NCBI GenBank assembly: GCA_951406725.2
Contig: OX597828.1
Coordinates: forward strand, 27,962,001-28,026,000
DNA: 64,000 nucleotides
Source: Octopus vulgaris
Lineage: Eukaryota
Reading direction: 5' to 3'
Part shown: positions 14,533-27,524 of the stretch, in pieces
How positions within the stretch are numbered: the stretch's first letter is position 1
How the letters are laid out: the number at the start of each line of letters is the position of its first letter
Made by a program: the position numbers and the translations under genes
The notes under the pieces: generated by a model
Told to the model about the DNA's origin: nothing
What the model saw: only the letters and a program-made list of their open reading frames with translations
The model's database searches: none

Positions 14533-14618
14533 CTCAAGATGGCTGATTTGTCTTTCTTTTCCTTTTCAAACACTTTGGAAATCTTCACCATATTCTCCTT
14601 CTTTGTTGTCCTTGACAT
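14533..14618 (-). CDS. Candidate first coding exon MSRTTKKENMVKISKVFEKEKKDKSAIL(R/S)
   Basis: ATG at 14618 open to a strong GAG|gtaagc donor; K/E richness may only mirror a plus-strand pyrimidine tract. Confidence 0.25.
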
Positions 14619-15419
14619 TACAATTAATATAAAAATGACCACCTTATAAAAAAAATGGAAGCAAGAACTGTTTTTCATATTCAAAACAAACGCAGAAGAA
14701 AAAAAATACAAAAATAATGGACAGGATTATATTCCAATAAAGGAATAACTGAATGCAAAAAAAAATTAAAATAGGACGTCGCTTAGTTGACCTTGACAAA
14801 AAAATTTTATTCAACTACCTCGCCTACCTTACCATAGTACAATATGTGCCAAAAATGAAATTCTAAAAAGAAAATTTTGTTTTAAAGAAAAAACTGCATC
14901 TCAAGATTTGGAGATGATTCTGCTGGATTTCTTTTTTCATTTCTTTTTTTGTTGTTTTTGTTGTCATATTTTATTGAGTGACTTGTAGCTATTCCCTGAC
15001 ATTTCTGGTTGAAATTAAAATTCTTACTTTCTTATAGACTCATATATTTGTCTTTGTTCTTTACTCTGTATGCCATTCTGTTGTGGATATCATAAACTAA
15101 AATTTATTTCCTTCTTCCAAACAACTCCTGTGTGTCTATATTCCTGCTCCATTTATGATTAGTTGCAATAAACTCATTTTTTGTTTTGTATAGTTCTTCT
15201 TTTACCAATTTTCTTTGAATTTTTGCATTCTTCTTCTCTATATTCATCAGTATAAAGTTATATCACTTTCTTCGCCATTCATGTTACTCCTACTGTTTGT
15301 TACCAAAATCTCAGGTTCTTTGACTGAATATGTCACCTGTTCCTACCTGGCAATGTAGGTTGTTGTTGCTTTCTTTGTTAACAAAGATTCTTTTCTAGTT
15401 CTTGTGATTTTGCTGAGTC

Positions 15420-16075
15420 TTTTATCTTCCACTTGTTTCAGTCATTGGACTTTGGCCATGCTGGAGTGCTGGCTTGAGCAACTTTACTTGAACAAATTGA
15501 CCCCAGTATTTTCATATTTTTTAAAGTCTGGTAATATTTATGTCAGTCTTGTTTGCTGAACCGCTACAGTTGGGGGAACGTAGAAAAGCCAACACTTGAT
15601 TGTCCAGCAGTAGGGAAGGTGACAAACACAGACACAAAGACACAAACCCAAACACGGACACACACACACACACACACATACATATACCCTTTATAATTTC
15701 ACTTAAGGATAGCAATACTAATGACCATTTGTTAGAACTCAAGCATAAGAGATCAATACGATAAGTACTATGTTTAACAAAAAAAAATGTATTGGGGTCA
15801 ATTAGTTTAACTAAAACCCTCCAAGAGAGTACTCCAGCATGACCACAGTCCAGTGACTGAAACAAATAAAAGATGATTTAGAATTCAGTATTTGCCAAAG
15901 TATAAAGCATAATATTAATGATTGAATGAACCAGAGGAATTATGTGATGGGTTTTCATACCATTTCTTTCTACCAGATTCATTCACACTGCATTGGTTGG
16001 CCTGGGGCTATAGTAAAAGACACTTGCCCAAAGGTGCTGTGCAGTGGGACTGAACCCAAAACCACGTGGCTACAA
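15420..16075. mobile_element. Cluster of degenerate SINE family A fragments in both orientations
   Basis: cttgtttcagtcatt (15432, minus), gactgaaacaaataaaa (15855, plus), gggactgaaccc (16046, minus). Confidence 0.8.
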
Positions 16076-16181
16076 TGCATATGGAAGTGGAAAGTTATGT
16101 GACGTATATATTTTGTTTGAAAAACTAGTAGGAGTTAACAACAGCAAGGACATCAGCCGCAGGACAATGCCTCAGTATATA

Positions 16182-17050
16182 TGAGGTCTTATCAATAAGT
16201 ATCCAGACTGGTGTCATAGTAATGACGCTAAAGCATGCAGAGTGAAACTGCTTGGCTCAGAATGACCTTGGACTTTGCTACGCATGCGTTCTAAGTTTTA
16301 ACATTCTTGCTCTCTTTCGCTGTTTACAGCAGTGCTTGGAAGGAACATGTGTAGTGTACAGTTGTCGCATTGACCATGACAGAGAAAGTTGTCATGGCAA
16401 TACCTGCTCAGAGGCCTACGCAAAGTTGCAGAAAATGTATGGGGAGGAGTTTTATGAGCTGCACTCAAGTGTATGAGTGGTTCAGACATTTCCAAGATTG
16501 CCCAAAAAATGTCAATACTGGCGAACATTCTGAGAGACCTGCAACTGGCAGAACTAAGAAAAACATTGCAGATGTGCATGCAGCTATGAGGGGAAATCGT
16601 TGGATCCCCGTCCGTGAGTTACCAGAGGATGTGCAGATTAGTTATGGTCCAGTTCAGTCCATTAACACTGAAGATTTGGGTATGAGACATGTGTCTTCCA
16701 ACTGCTTTCAGCTGACCAAAAAGACACTCAGGTTTCAGTTGCACAAGATCTCCTTGTTTCAAGAACAATGAAAACTCTGCATAAGGCCTCTGAGCAGATA
16801 TTGCCAAGTTTTTGGCAAAATTTGATGCAAAATCTCTGCTCCACTTTCGCTGTCATGGTCAATGTGATAATCACTCGCTACACATGTTCCTTCCAAGCAC
16901 TGCTGTAAACAGCGGAAGTGAGCTAGAACATTAAAACTTAGTATTCATGCACAACAGGGTTCAAGGTCAATTTGTGCCAAACAGCTTCACTCTGCGTGTT
17001 TCAGCTTCATTAACGTGGCAACAGTCCAGATACTTATTGATCAGACCATG
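16182..17050 (+). mobile_element. Non-autonomous mariner derivative with ~250-bp inverted repeats and a transposase N-terminal remnant
   Basis: TA|tgaggtcttatcaataagtatccagact ... agtccagatacttattgatcagaccatg|TA; internal MSCTQVYEWFRHF...HSERPATG...IPVREL...ISYGPVQSINTEDLGMRHVS is mariner HTH-like. Confidence 0.92.
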
Positions 17051-17358
17051 TATTTATTCAAACCATGCTAGTTTTGTCCTTTCCTATATATAGTATTTCC
17101 CTTTTAAAATTGAGAAGAATAAACTAATATTGTGAAATGTTACATTATCTTCGGTCTAAAGGTTTAGAAACAAAGAAAACGAAATTATTCTTCACCATGT
17201 AATTGACCTCTTGGAAATAACTTAAAAGAATCATAACAAATTTGTACTAAGTCAAAGAATTCCACAATTTACAGTTCTTTGTGTTGATATAAATGTATTT
17301 CTGTTGGTATGTATAAATGCGTATATACTTTATGTATGCATGTGTGTATGATTACAAT

Positions 17359-17389
<31 letters not shown>

Positions 17390-17411
17390 CACATATATAT
17401 ATACATATATG

Positions 17412-17445
<34 letters not shown>

Positions 17446-17807
17446 AATATATAGACATAAATATGCATGTGTATATGCATATATTTATAACTGTATATGT
17501 ACGCAGATAAACATACATGTGTGTATATATGTAATATATATGCATGTGCATATATATTTATATATATAGACATATATAGGCATAAATATACATGTTTATA
17601 TACATATATATATGTAACTATATATACAAATATACATACATGTGTGTGTTCATATGTATTTGTACTGTACAAATATCACATATGTATATACACATGCGTC
17701 TGTGTGTATGTTTGTATATATGTGTATGTGTATATATGTATATATATATATACACACACATATACACAAACATATATGTATGTATATATATCTCTTCTCT
17801 CTCTCTC

Positions 17808-17892
<85 letters not shown>

Positions 17893-18569
17893 ATATATAT
17901 GTATATATATATGTCTGTATATATGTATGTATACAGAAAAAGAGAGAGAGGAGGGTGGAAGAGATTCACAAAAATGATGCGTATACATATATGTGTTTAT
18001 ATTTGAACATGAACAGAAAAAAAAAAGATTGTATGATAATTGAAAGCTTTTTCTGTAAGTTCTTATTGCACATTGCATAGCTCGATTGTTAGGTTCTTTT
18101 CTTCTGTTGCACTTCTGCTCCAGCTACAGGCCTTTGCTAGTTTGCTTCCTTTGTCAGATAAAGTTAATCCAAGATATATTTCCGATACCACATTTTCTTG
18201 GAGATGGAGATGGAGATGGCGGTTGAGCCTTCAATGGAAATCTCTCTCTCTCTCTCTCTCTGTTAGTAAGGTGTCAGTAGAGAGTGTTATCTAACATTCC
18301 TGGCTTTATCACATCAGCACTGTAAGTTTACTAGCCAATGATAATCCCCAAATGATTTTAAACAGAAAGAGAAAACACTATGTACATATCTGTGTATTTG
18401 TCTATGCACGGCCATCTGTTTGTATGGTATGTATGTTGGTGTTTATGTATTATATATATCATGTATATATATATATCGTGTATATATCACATATATATAT
18501 ATATGGAGAGAGAGATCAACTATATATATGTACGTATATTATATGTATATACAGATATATCATATGCAT

Positions 18570-18609
<40 letters not shown>

Positions 18610-18750
18610 CATACATACATATGTGTGTGTAGTTACAGTTATGCATGTACACACAAACATGCAAGGAAGCAAGAACAACACTTGGAAAAAATATCATTCT
18701 CAAGAAAATGGAAGTAAACCAAATTTTACAAGAATCTACCAAAAGAAAAA

Positions 18751-18785
<35 letters not shown>

Positions 18786-19251
18786 TGATAATAAATATAA
18801 AGAAACTGAGTTAAGATGTTTGTATATAATAATACTATTCAGAAATCAATAGATATTAAACTAGATTGGATATTTCTGTTGCTTTCTTCAGAATGAAATC
18901 ATTCAGAAGGGGGGTCTTTCCATGTAAAAGAGGGGAAAAAAAAAAAGAAAAGAAAAACAACAAAAACCATGTTGCTGAAATCACTAATCTGTATTTATTA
19001 TTGAGAATAAATTAACTCATTCTCTAACATATCTTTAAAAAATCTTATTTTGAAGAACTGTGTCCCAAACGTTTCATTTGCATTGTTGTTTTTTCCTATT
19101 AAGTTCACTTCATGATATATATATATATATAAAACGATGTGTGTATATATATAAGATGTATATGTGTGTGTATATAAATATATGTATATATATATGTATA
19201 TATATAAGATGTATATGTGTGTGTGTATATATATATATGCATATATATAAA

Positions 19252-19773
19252 TGTAAGATCCAGGGATCAAGGTGTAGGAAGAAAGTTAGCTTCAAGCGAT
19301 CCGTAGTAAATATAAAAAACAACTTTCAGGGACAATAGTGGTTTGTTGAGACGGAAGGTTGTATGATTTCGTTTGGTATAAAAGTACGATAAACTGAAAA
19401 AAGTCAGTAGGTGACCAGAGTTGCCGGGTGTGCGAATAAGAATACAAGAGTTAAGGAATAGAGTGAATAAAATCTGAGCTACATATATTTTATAGCGTGC
19501 GGAACTTCAGAAGTGGTAAATATCCAAGTGAGGTGTGTACTGCAGGCTACTCTTCAGGCCAAGGATATCCTTGATTAATTAAAAGTTTATATTATCACAA
19601 GGTGGTACATGTTAACGTATGGAAGATTCAATTGGATTGAATCTTCCATGTGTTAATGTGTACCTCCGTGCAACAATGTAAACTTTTAATTAATCAAGAC
19701 ATCCTTGGATATTTACAGAGTGAATAAGATCTGTAGCCCAGATCTTATTCACTCCATTCTTTAATTCTTGTAT
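19252..19773. mobile_element. Nested foldback element in (TA)n, probably Penelope-like derived
   Basis: Hairpin 19559-19708 (~73-bp arms, 3-nt loop); outer arms 19442-19483 and 19733-19773; small hairpin 19718-19754. Confidence 0.75.
19476..19560 (-). ncRNA. Decayed type I hammerhead ribozyme motif
   Basis: Minus: GGC CTGAAGA GTAGCcTGC...GCAcGCTAT AAAA TATATG TA GCT; C-GAAA has become T-AAAA (CpG decay); near-palindromic stem III. Confidence 0.6.
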
Positions 19774-19792
19774 GTATACATACATATATGAT

Positions 19793-19950
19793 GACAGGCT
19801 TCTTTCAGTTTCCGTCTACCAAATCCACTCACAAGGCTTTGGTTGGTCCTATAGTAGCAGACATTTGACCAAGGTGCCACGTAGTGGGACTGAACCCAGA
19901 ACCATGTGGCTGGGAAGCAAGCTTCTTACCACACAGCCACTCCTGTGCCT
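19793..19950 (-). mobile_element. SINE family A head
   Basis: gacaggcttctttcagtttccgtctaccaaatccactcacaagg...accacacagccactcctgtgcct. Confidence 0.9.
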
Positions 19951-20231
19951 ACATATATATATATATATATATATCATAATCATCATTATCATTTAGCATT
20001 CATTTCACCCAAAGGTTTTATTAGTTTTGTAATACACTAGACTAGTTGTTCGGTCAAAATAAGGTTAGAAGTATGATTGCTTAAATTAATGAACATACAA
20101 AAACTCTACATTTTCTTTGAGTACTACCTTTGAAAAAAATTTTTTCATTTTACATTATTTAACAAAGAATATGTAATACACATACACTCATAAACATGCA
20201 CAGTGCATCTCTATTTAAATATTAATATCTT

Positions 20232-20560
20232 TTATCTTTGACTTGTTTCAGTCATTATACTGTGGCCATACTAGAGCAATGCTTTGATGAGTTTAGTCAA
20301 ATAAATCAACTGCAATACGTCTTTTTGAAGTCTGGTACTTATCCTATCAACCTTTTTTGCTAAACTGTTAAATTACAGGGACATAAACAAACTAACACTG
20401 ACTGTCAAGCAATGATCTATGTCAAACACTAACACCCACACACATAATAGGCTTCCTTCAGTTTCCAGGTATGAAATCTGCTCTTGAGGTTTTAGTCAGC
20501 CTGAGGCTATAGTAGAAGACCTTCCCCCAAGTTGTCACACAGTGAGATTGAACCTCAGCA
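20232..20560 (-). mobile_element. Old SINE family A copy
   Basis: acttgtttcagtcatt...gaggctatagtagaagac...gagattgaacc. Confidence 0.75.
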
Positions 20561-20766
20561 TATGATTATTGGTCTACCATACATCGCATCAAGCACTGTG
20601 GCCCATCTTGACTACTGTTTGCTTTCATTGTGAAAGCAGTGGTTCAACCAGTATTACATGTTGCTGTTTCAAATATATGATTGTTTGATTTTTTTTTTTT
20701 TTGCAATACATCTTTAATTCATATGTTATTCACCCCATTCTTCAATCACTGACCAAGTCAACACAA

Positions 20767-21120
20767 TCTCTATATATATAAATGGCAAAATGTCTGTGTG
20801 TGTGTCCTTTATACAAATCCACAATTTTTCAGTTAGAGGGCTCGCACTTTCTATGGTCATTCAAAACTGTCCAAGGGTGGTCGTGCATTTCCCCAGTCAT
20901 CCCACAAAGCCATTAAAAAATCAATAGAAGTGACTTTTTTTGTGAATTTTCTATCCAAAACCCAATCAAAATGCCCGAAACTTGATACGCCAATTGAAAT
21001 GCCAGCTAGCTGTATGTGATTTGTCAGAGATTTGGACTACTCGCGTGTATGTGTGCACGCACGTGGCTGTATACGCATGCACTAACACTATGACCCGGCG
21101 TTGCCAGGTCATAGTGCTAG
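20767..21120 (+). mobile_element. Non-autonomous Helitron
   Basis: A|TCtctatatatataaa 5' end; 3' hairpin cactatgacccggc-gtt-gccaggtcatagtg (21086-21116) then CTAG|T; sits between A and T with no TSD. Confidence 0.85.
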
Positions 21121-21399
21121 TATTTACTATTTTGGCAGCTGTATGATTAACTGATGAAGTCATAAGCCAGAAACATCTGAGTTTTCTTTCCTACTTGCTG
21201 GAAACATGAAAATAACATTAGCCACTGACTTATTTAATTTTTTCCTCGTTACATAATTATATTTAATTAGTCTTTCAATGATCCTACATCTGTTATTACA
21301 TTCATTAAAATTTCTTTATGTTGAGGTTGCTGTTCTGCTTGTGTATCTTTCTGTCATAAACAGTCACAATATACTCAACATGTAATGTAGGCATTACGT

Positions 21400-21895
21400 A
21401 GTGGGTAATGATTTTCTTCACTACTTCAGGGAGTGACGACCCTGCCTGACACAAGTCCCGGGCTCAGCTGGCTCCGGCTGACAGTACCTGGTATGGGCCC
21501 CTATCCAGGGTTACGGAAAGGAGACAGCCTTAAAAGAAATCTAGAGTGGAGCCCCGTATGCGGTTTAGTTTTCAACTCGACACTCTTCCAGCAGCTCCTG
21601 CAACCAAGCTGGTGCCAAATATAATGCTCTGCACTCCTTTGGACTATGTCAGCAAGGTTGAGAGAGAAATCCTGACAATTGGACTACCCAGGATTTTCGT
21701 ACATTTAGTCCAGGTCTGCGCAGAACTGGAGAGCGCACCTCAGTGACATCTGTGTCACCTGCGAGAGGGAGTGTTTGTCCAGGATAGGACTACACAGCCA
21801 CAGCAGGAAATGTAAAGGACATGAAATGTAAAAACCAGACTGGATTATTTTATGCGCAACTCCGTTGTCTCCTGAGACAAAAGGATACCAACAAA
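21400..21895 (+). mobile_element. Bipartite non-autonomous RTE-type element (UTR-like 5' part joined to an RTE 3' end)
   Basis: ICVTCERECLSRIGLHSHSRKC zinc-finger motif typical of RTE C-termini, followed by tgtctcctgagacaaaggat 3' stem-loop. Confidence 0.7.
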
Positions 21896-22185
21896 TGTGG
21901 ACATTCGCTCTCAAATAATATATCAATGCAAATGTGCTATAATTATAGTTTGCGTGGACCATTTTGTGTGTGTGTAAAGCTAAATTATTACATTAGTTTC
22001 AGATAGTTTTAGCCCCCACAACCATGGCCATGCTGGAGCAACACTTTAAACATTACCCCCTTGTTTTAGCCATCATTGTTAAATCCACAGTGATGCATCC
22101 TTTGTTTTTTTTTTGTTTTTTTTGTGCAGTCTTTTATATTTTGTCAATTTATTTAATGTTGTTTTTGTAATAGTTACTCACTTAA

Positions 22186-22404
22186 CCCTTTTGCATTTAA
22201 ACCACCCATATCCAACCAAAATATCCTACTTGTTTTATGTTCAAACTGGACATATCCAGTCTCTCACACCTACCCTACAATGTCATTCTAAAAATAAACA
22301 ATCACATCATTGAAATCTCAAAGCCACAAACAATCCACGATCAATTCAAACCAATGTGAATAAGTAATCCTTACATTTGACAGAAGAATTTGAATGCTAA
22401 CCGT
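22186..22404. mobile_element. piggyBac-type MITE (degenerate right end)
   Basis: TTAA|cccttttgcatttaaa ... tttgaatgctaaccgt|TTAA; related fragment at ~40070-40175. Confidence 0.6.
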
Positions 22405-22966
22405 TTAAGTCTTCTTCTCTCCCTATTGAGAATAGGCCATTGACAACTTCCCTTCACTGTTCTTGGCTTTGGGCTGTTCGTATTGTACACGTATGCATTT
22501 TATTTGGTTTCTTATTTGAAATTAAGAAAATGAGAAGATGAGACATATAGAATTTTAAAATGAAAATAAAATTTCCTAAAATAGATTATGTGAAACAGTT
22601 CAAATCACATCTGCACAAACTAATGCTCCTTGATTCATTACAGAGTTGATTATTTTGCAAGAGTGAAGAGAATGAAAGAGACGGAAAAAAATATTGACTT
22701 TAAATGAATCTGATTGATAGAAAAATACCTACAATATATGTGTGTATGTATGTGTAAACGGATTATATATATATATATATATGCATGTAATATGTGTGTG
22801 TATGTGTGTGTGTAGATAAGTATATATATGCATGTGAATATGTGTTTTTGTGTGTGCCTCTGTGTGTATATGATTATATGTGTGTGAATATATATGCATA
22901 TACACTTTTATAGAACTTGCATCATGCATCTATATATATATATATGTATGTATTATATGCATAGAC

Positions 22967-23021
<55 letters not shown>

Positions 23022-23111
23022 TCGTATGCCACCTACACTTTTTATAAATATATATATATATATATAATATATACATAGACATATATATATATATATATAC
23101 ATACATACATA

Positions 23112-23151
<40 letters not shown>

Positions 23152-24550
23152 CATAATTTAAAACGTATGTATATGTATACATACTTTGAAAAAAGAGAGA
23201 GAGACAACTGGGGATCTAAAAGAAGACAATGACACAAATAATGTCTGTGCAATTTTCTAACTATTTTTCTTTTCGGCATCATTAGAAACGAAATGTAATG
23301 AAAATTCTTGATGCAGCTTTCTTATTCTTCCTCTTGACTTTTACCTCTTAACCAACAGAAGAAGCATTGAGTCTACCTTCTTTCTTTCATTTTCACTCCT
23401 TCACTCCACCTATTCCCCTCTCTTGTCTTTTATTCATTAAACTCTCATTGTCTATTTTCTCTATTTCAGAACTTTTCTTTCTGTATCTCACTCTGAATCC
23501 AACATCTCTCTCTCTCTCTCTCACTCTCTCTCTCTCACTCTCTCTCTCTCACTTCCTTCCCCTCTCTGCTTATTTGACTACCAGTGCATGTATGCCGAAT
23601 ATACATATTCATGTCTATGTATATCTAATCCTCTCCTTCTCTCTATCATTTTCTGTCCTCCCCCTCTCTCTCTGTGAATATTTACTTTGACCTCCCCTTC
23701 CCTTTTTCCTATCCATCTGCTTCCACCTCTCTCCTTCCTCTCCTTCCCTCCATTTTTCTATGCATGTATCTCCCTTTCTCCCTCTCTCCTTGCACTCACG
23801 CATTACCATTTTATTTACATCCTTTTTATACCTAGGAATCAGCACTGAATGAACCTTTCTGAATTTCTCTTCACAAAGACTTTTTATTTCTGCTTGAAGC
23901 ACTCTTCTTGCTCAAGCTGAACTTAGTTGCGGACAGGCAATCCAATTTCGTCTCTTGATTAATCTTCCCCTTTACCGTTTGGTTTCATTCTCTCCCAATG
24001 TAATATCGCCGTGCAATTTACTGTTTTTCTTCCACTGTTTCAGTTTTTTAACTTAAATTTTAAAGTGTCAGACTTGTACATAAATAACATAGTGATGAGA
24101 AAATGAGAAAAACACAGAATCTCTATTAAAGTAGTCAAGTTAATATCTCTTCATATTGATATACATCCAGAGATGGAAATATATGAAAAGATTTGTATAA
24201 TCACAGAAGCGTATGCATACATGTATCTATTTATACACACACACATTCATACACACACACACACACACATATACGCTCACATATATATGTACATTATACG
24301 CACACACATTCATATGCATCCACATATATGCTTAATAGATTTATATGTGTGTGTGTGTGTGCATGAGAGAGTCAGAATATAGTGTAGTGAATTAATGTTT
24401 GTATCAGTTTGTATGTTCACTTCCAAGTGTGCGTGAGTGTGAATATACAATCAGAGAAACAGGCATTCGCTTAAAATATACAATTTATATGTGTGTGTAT
24501 ATGTACACACGTACACACACCACATTACATATATATATATATATATAAAA

Positions 24551-24589
<39 letters not shown>

Positions 24590-24599
24590 CACATATATG

Positions 24600-24677
<78 letters not shown>

Positions 24678-24691
24678 TACATATATGTATA

Positions 24692-24785
<94 letters not shown>

Positions 24786-26799
24786 TGCATATATGTATAT
24801 ATATGTATTTGTATATGTATATATATACATGGACAAACATACATACCTATTAGGTAGAAAGGATTTTATAAAAAAAAAAGAATGTGCAAGGAAGCAAATG
24901 AAGAATATGAAGAGAGATACTATGAAGTAAAAGAAGAAAAAAAAAAGATACCTGAGATAAATAGATAAATCTTGAGGAAAAGATGGATGCAAGTCGTCTT
25001 TTGGTTAAATCCAGCACAAAATCACAAAACTCAAGGGTGCTAACTTAGATGTTGTCATATCTTTGATCTGTTTCCCTTTGATATTTTGCTCATTTTGTTG
25101 GTGCTTCCTATCTCCTATCCTTATTGAATCTAAAAAGAATTAACTCACACATAAAAAAATAATTTTTTAAAAAACACAAGAAAAAAAAGCGAACGTATAT
25201 TGGTAAGGAAAAACGGAAGATGCAAAAAGGATTCTGTGATATCCCCAGAAAAACTGTATTTCTGTAGACATTAGTTCAGAGTTTATGCTATGATTATTAT
25301 TTTATTTTTGCTTGAAAATAGATACAACCTGATATTGATTTTCTTTTTTTTTTTTTTGTTTTTTTTTTTCATTAATTATAATACATTTATTAATTGTCAT
25401 TATGAGTTTTGAAGTTAGATTGTTTTTGTTTTGTTTTTTGTTAATAGCAACAGAAAATTCCTTACATTTCTGTATTTCTCATTTTATTTTTATTTTGCAT
25501 TTGAGCCATTCACTGCATAAGCATTCAGAAGGTCTCTTAGTAAAAATATTTTTAGCAATTGTAGAGAGAAGCAAGTTTATACATTTAAGAAAGACAGAAG
25601 TTCAAATAATAATAGTTTGTTTTCTCTAAAACCTTGTACTTGTATAAAACAATGCCAACTTGCCACCTTTAGTAGTAGTAGTAGGAGGAGGAGGAGGAGA
25701 AAAAATGGCACCAAAACAATGCCGAATTTAGTTTGCAAAATATTTATCTAACTTGGTTTGAATATTAATTTGTGTGGTTTCTTCTCTAAAAGGTGTTTAA
25801 AAGATGAAAGTGAACACTGTTGCTTTTGACACCCATGGCTTCATCTTCACTTGTAGACAACCATCTCAGAAAGTGAGAAAGGTTCAGAAGTCTTTCCAAG
25901 ATTGGTTATAAAAACATTTATTAGTTCTGAAGCCATAATGTTAATCTGCCTAACATATTAACTCTTAGATTCTTTATGTAAATTTCTCAATCCTTTTGGA
26001 AACTAGAATTATAATGTAAATGTAGCTATTACATTTTGTTGGATTTGTAAGCAGATTTGACCCTTACTCCCTTAGTTCTGCATTCCTTGTTACCATTTCT
26101 TTGGTAAGGTATATTTTTGTGCAGTCTTCACTTCCTGTTGCACTCCTTATCAAGTATTAGTGAAATAGTCTTGTATTAACAGTTGTCACACTGACTTGTA
26201 GGGTCCCCAGGACAAATGGTGCAAACAATCCTGTTCAGAACAATTGTCTTGGTTAAACTTACCTTTTGAGAACATACTAACTTGGTCAAGGATTTTCTTC
26301 AGTCCATTCATATATTTGCTATAGACTTTCAAGTCATCTATAAGAGAGTTACATAATAGACTGGTGTTTCTGTGTTCAAGTGAACCAATTGCAAAATCTT
26401 CAGATTTCCTTCACAGAAAGGACAATGGGTTTACTAAAAGCATTAGCATTATTCCAGGGAGGCTGTCTCCTTGAAATATATCCCTTGGGGATATTGTCTT
26501 CATCATCATAATCATTTTAACGTCTACTTTTCCATGGCCAACAAGGCCAGAGAGGATTTGTTGAGGCAAAGTTACTCTGGACAAACGGCCTTCTTATCAC
26601 CAACCCTTACTTGTTTCTCAATAAGGCAATATTTCCACATGACCAGTCTTGTTTTCCCAGAAGATTGGAAACCAATTAGATTTACATGGCAGTGAAACTT
26701 TCTTACAACTATCACATCATGTCATGGTAAGGATACTAACACACACACAGTGATTTTTTTTCCTCCGTCGTCCCTTCCTTGGATCTTTCCTTTTTCTAT

Positions 26800-26834
26800 G
26801 TTTCTGATGAAGAGCTCCGCTTGAAACATTAAAT
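26800..26834 (+). ncRNA. Minimal type I hammerhead motif within a short repeat (~26752-26932)
   Basis: gTTT CTGATGA aGAGC-tcc-GCTT GAAA CA TT AAA; both core strands intact; stem III ACAT probably decayed from palindromic ACGT. Confidence 0.7.
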
Positions 26835-26927
26835 CTTCCTTCTTTTTCCTGAGCGCCCAATAACACAATACTTGTTCCACGTCCTCGCGTTGTTGTGTTT
26901 CCTCTTTGTGTTTTCATGTTTGGCTTA

Positions 26928-26956
<29 letters not shown>

Positions 26957-26960
<4 letters not shown>

Positions 26961-27131
26961 GTAAAAACGGTAAGATAACAAAAGAAAGAAAGAGACCTCA
27001 ATATTATGTAAATAGAGGAAATAGAGATAGCCAGATAACTGAAGAGATGGTGTTGTGGATTTCCACCTCGGCATCCAAAACTCAGAGTTTTATCGTGGCT
27101 ATTGAATAATTGTCACATATTATTTTACAGA
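26957..27131 (+). mobile_element. (TA)n-inserted short element carrying a hammerhead motif (27030-27099); sister of 45011-45240
   Basis: GCCAGATAA CTGAAGA GATG...CATC c AAAA CTCAGAG TT TTATCgTGGC; first ~65 bp nearly identical to 45011-45076. Confidence 0.8.
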
Positions 27132-27138
27132 TGTATTA

Positions 27139-27178
<40 letters not shown>

Positions 27179-27182
<4 letters not shown>

Positions 27183-27490
27183 GAGGCGCACTGGCCCAGT
27201 GGTTAGGGCAGCAGACTCGCGGTCGTAGGATCGCGGTTTCGATTCCCAGACCGGGCGTTGTGAGTGTTTATTGAGCGAAAACACCTAAAGTTCCACGTGC
27301 CTCTGGTAGGGGGTGGTGGCGATCCCTGCTGTACTCTTTCGCCACAACTTTCTCTCACTCTTTCTTCTGTTGGCCTGCTCGCTTAGCTAGTGGGGTGGCG
27401 TCATTTGAAGGCTAAAGCAATGCGAAGCGCATTGTGACCAGCGATGTGTAGCAACATCTGATAGCCTGGTCGGTCATGGTGATCACGGTG

Positions 27491-27491
<1 letters not shown>
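27179..27491 (+). mobile_element. Full-length tRNA-derived SINE family C
   Basis: A box tggcccagtggtt, B box ggtttcgattccc; CpG-rich; flanked on both sides by (TA)n. Confidence 0.92.

Positions 27492-27524
<33 letters not shown>

Noticed and set aside
18061-18294. Unique segment with several short open frames
   Set aside because: No consistent splice pair, and open frames on both strands are equally plausible.
27181-27255. tRNA gene at SINE heads (also 36148, 38598)
   Set aside because: A and B boxes are present but no complete cloverleaf was evident, and each continues into a multi-copy SINE body.
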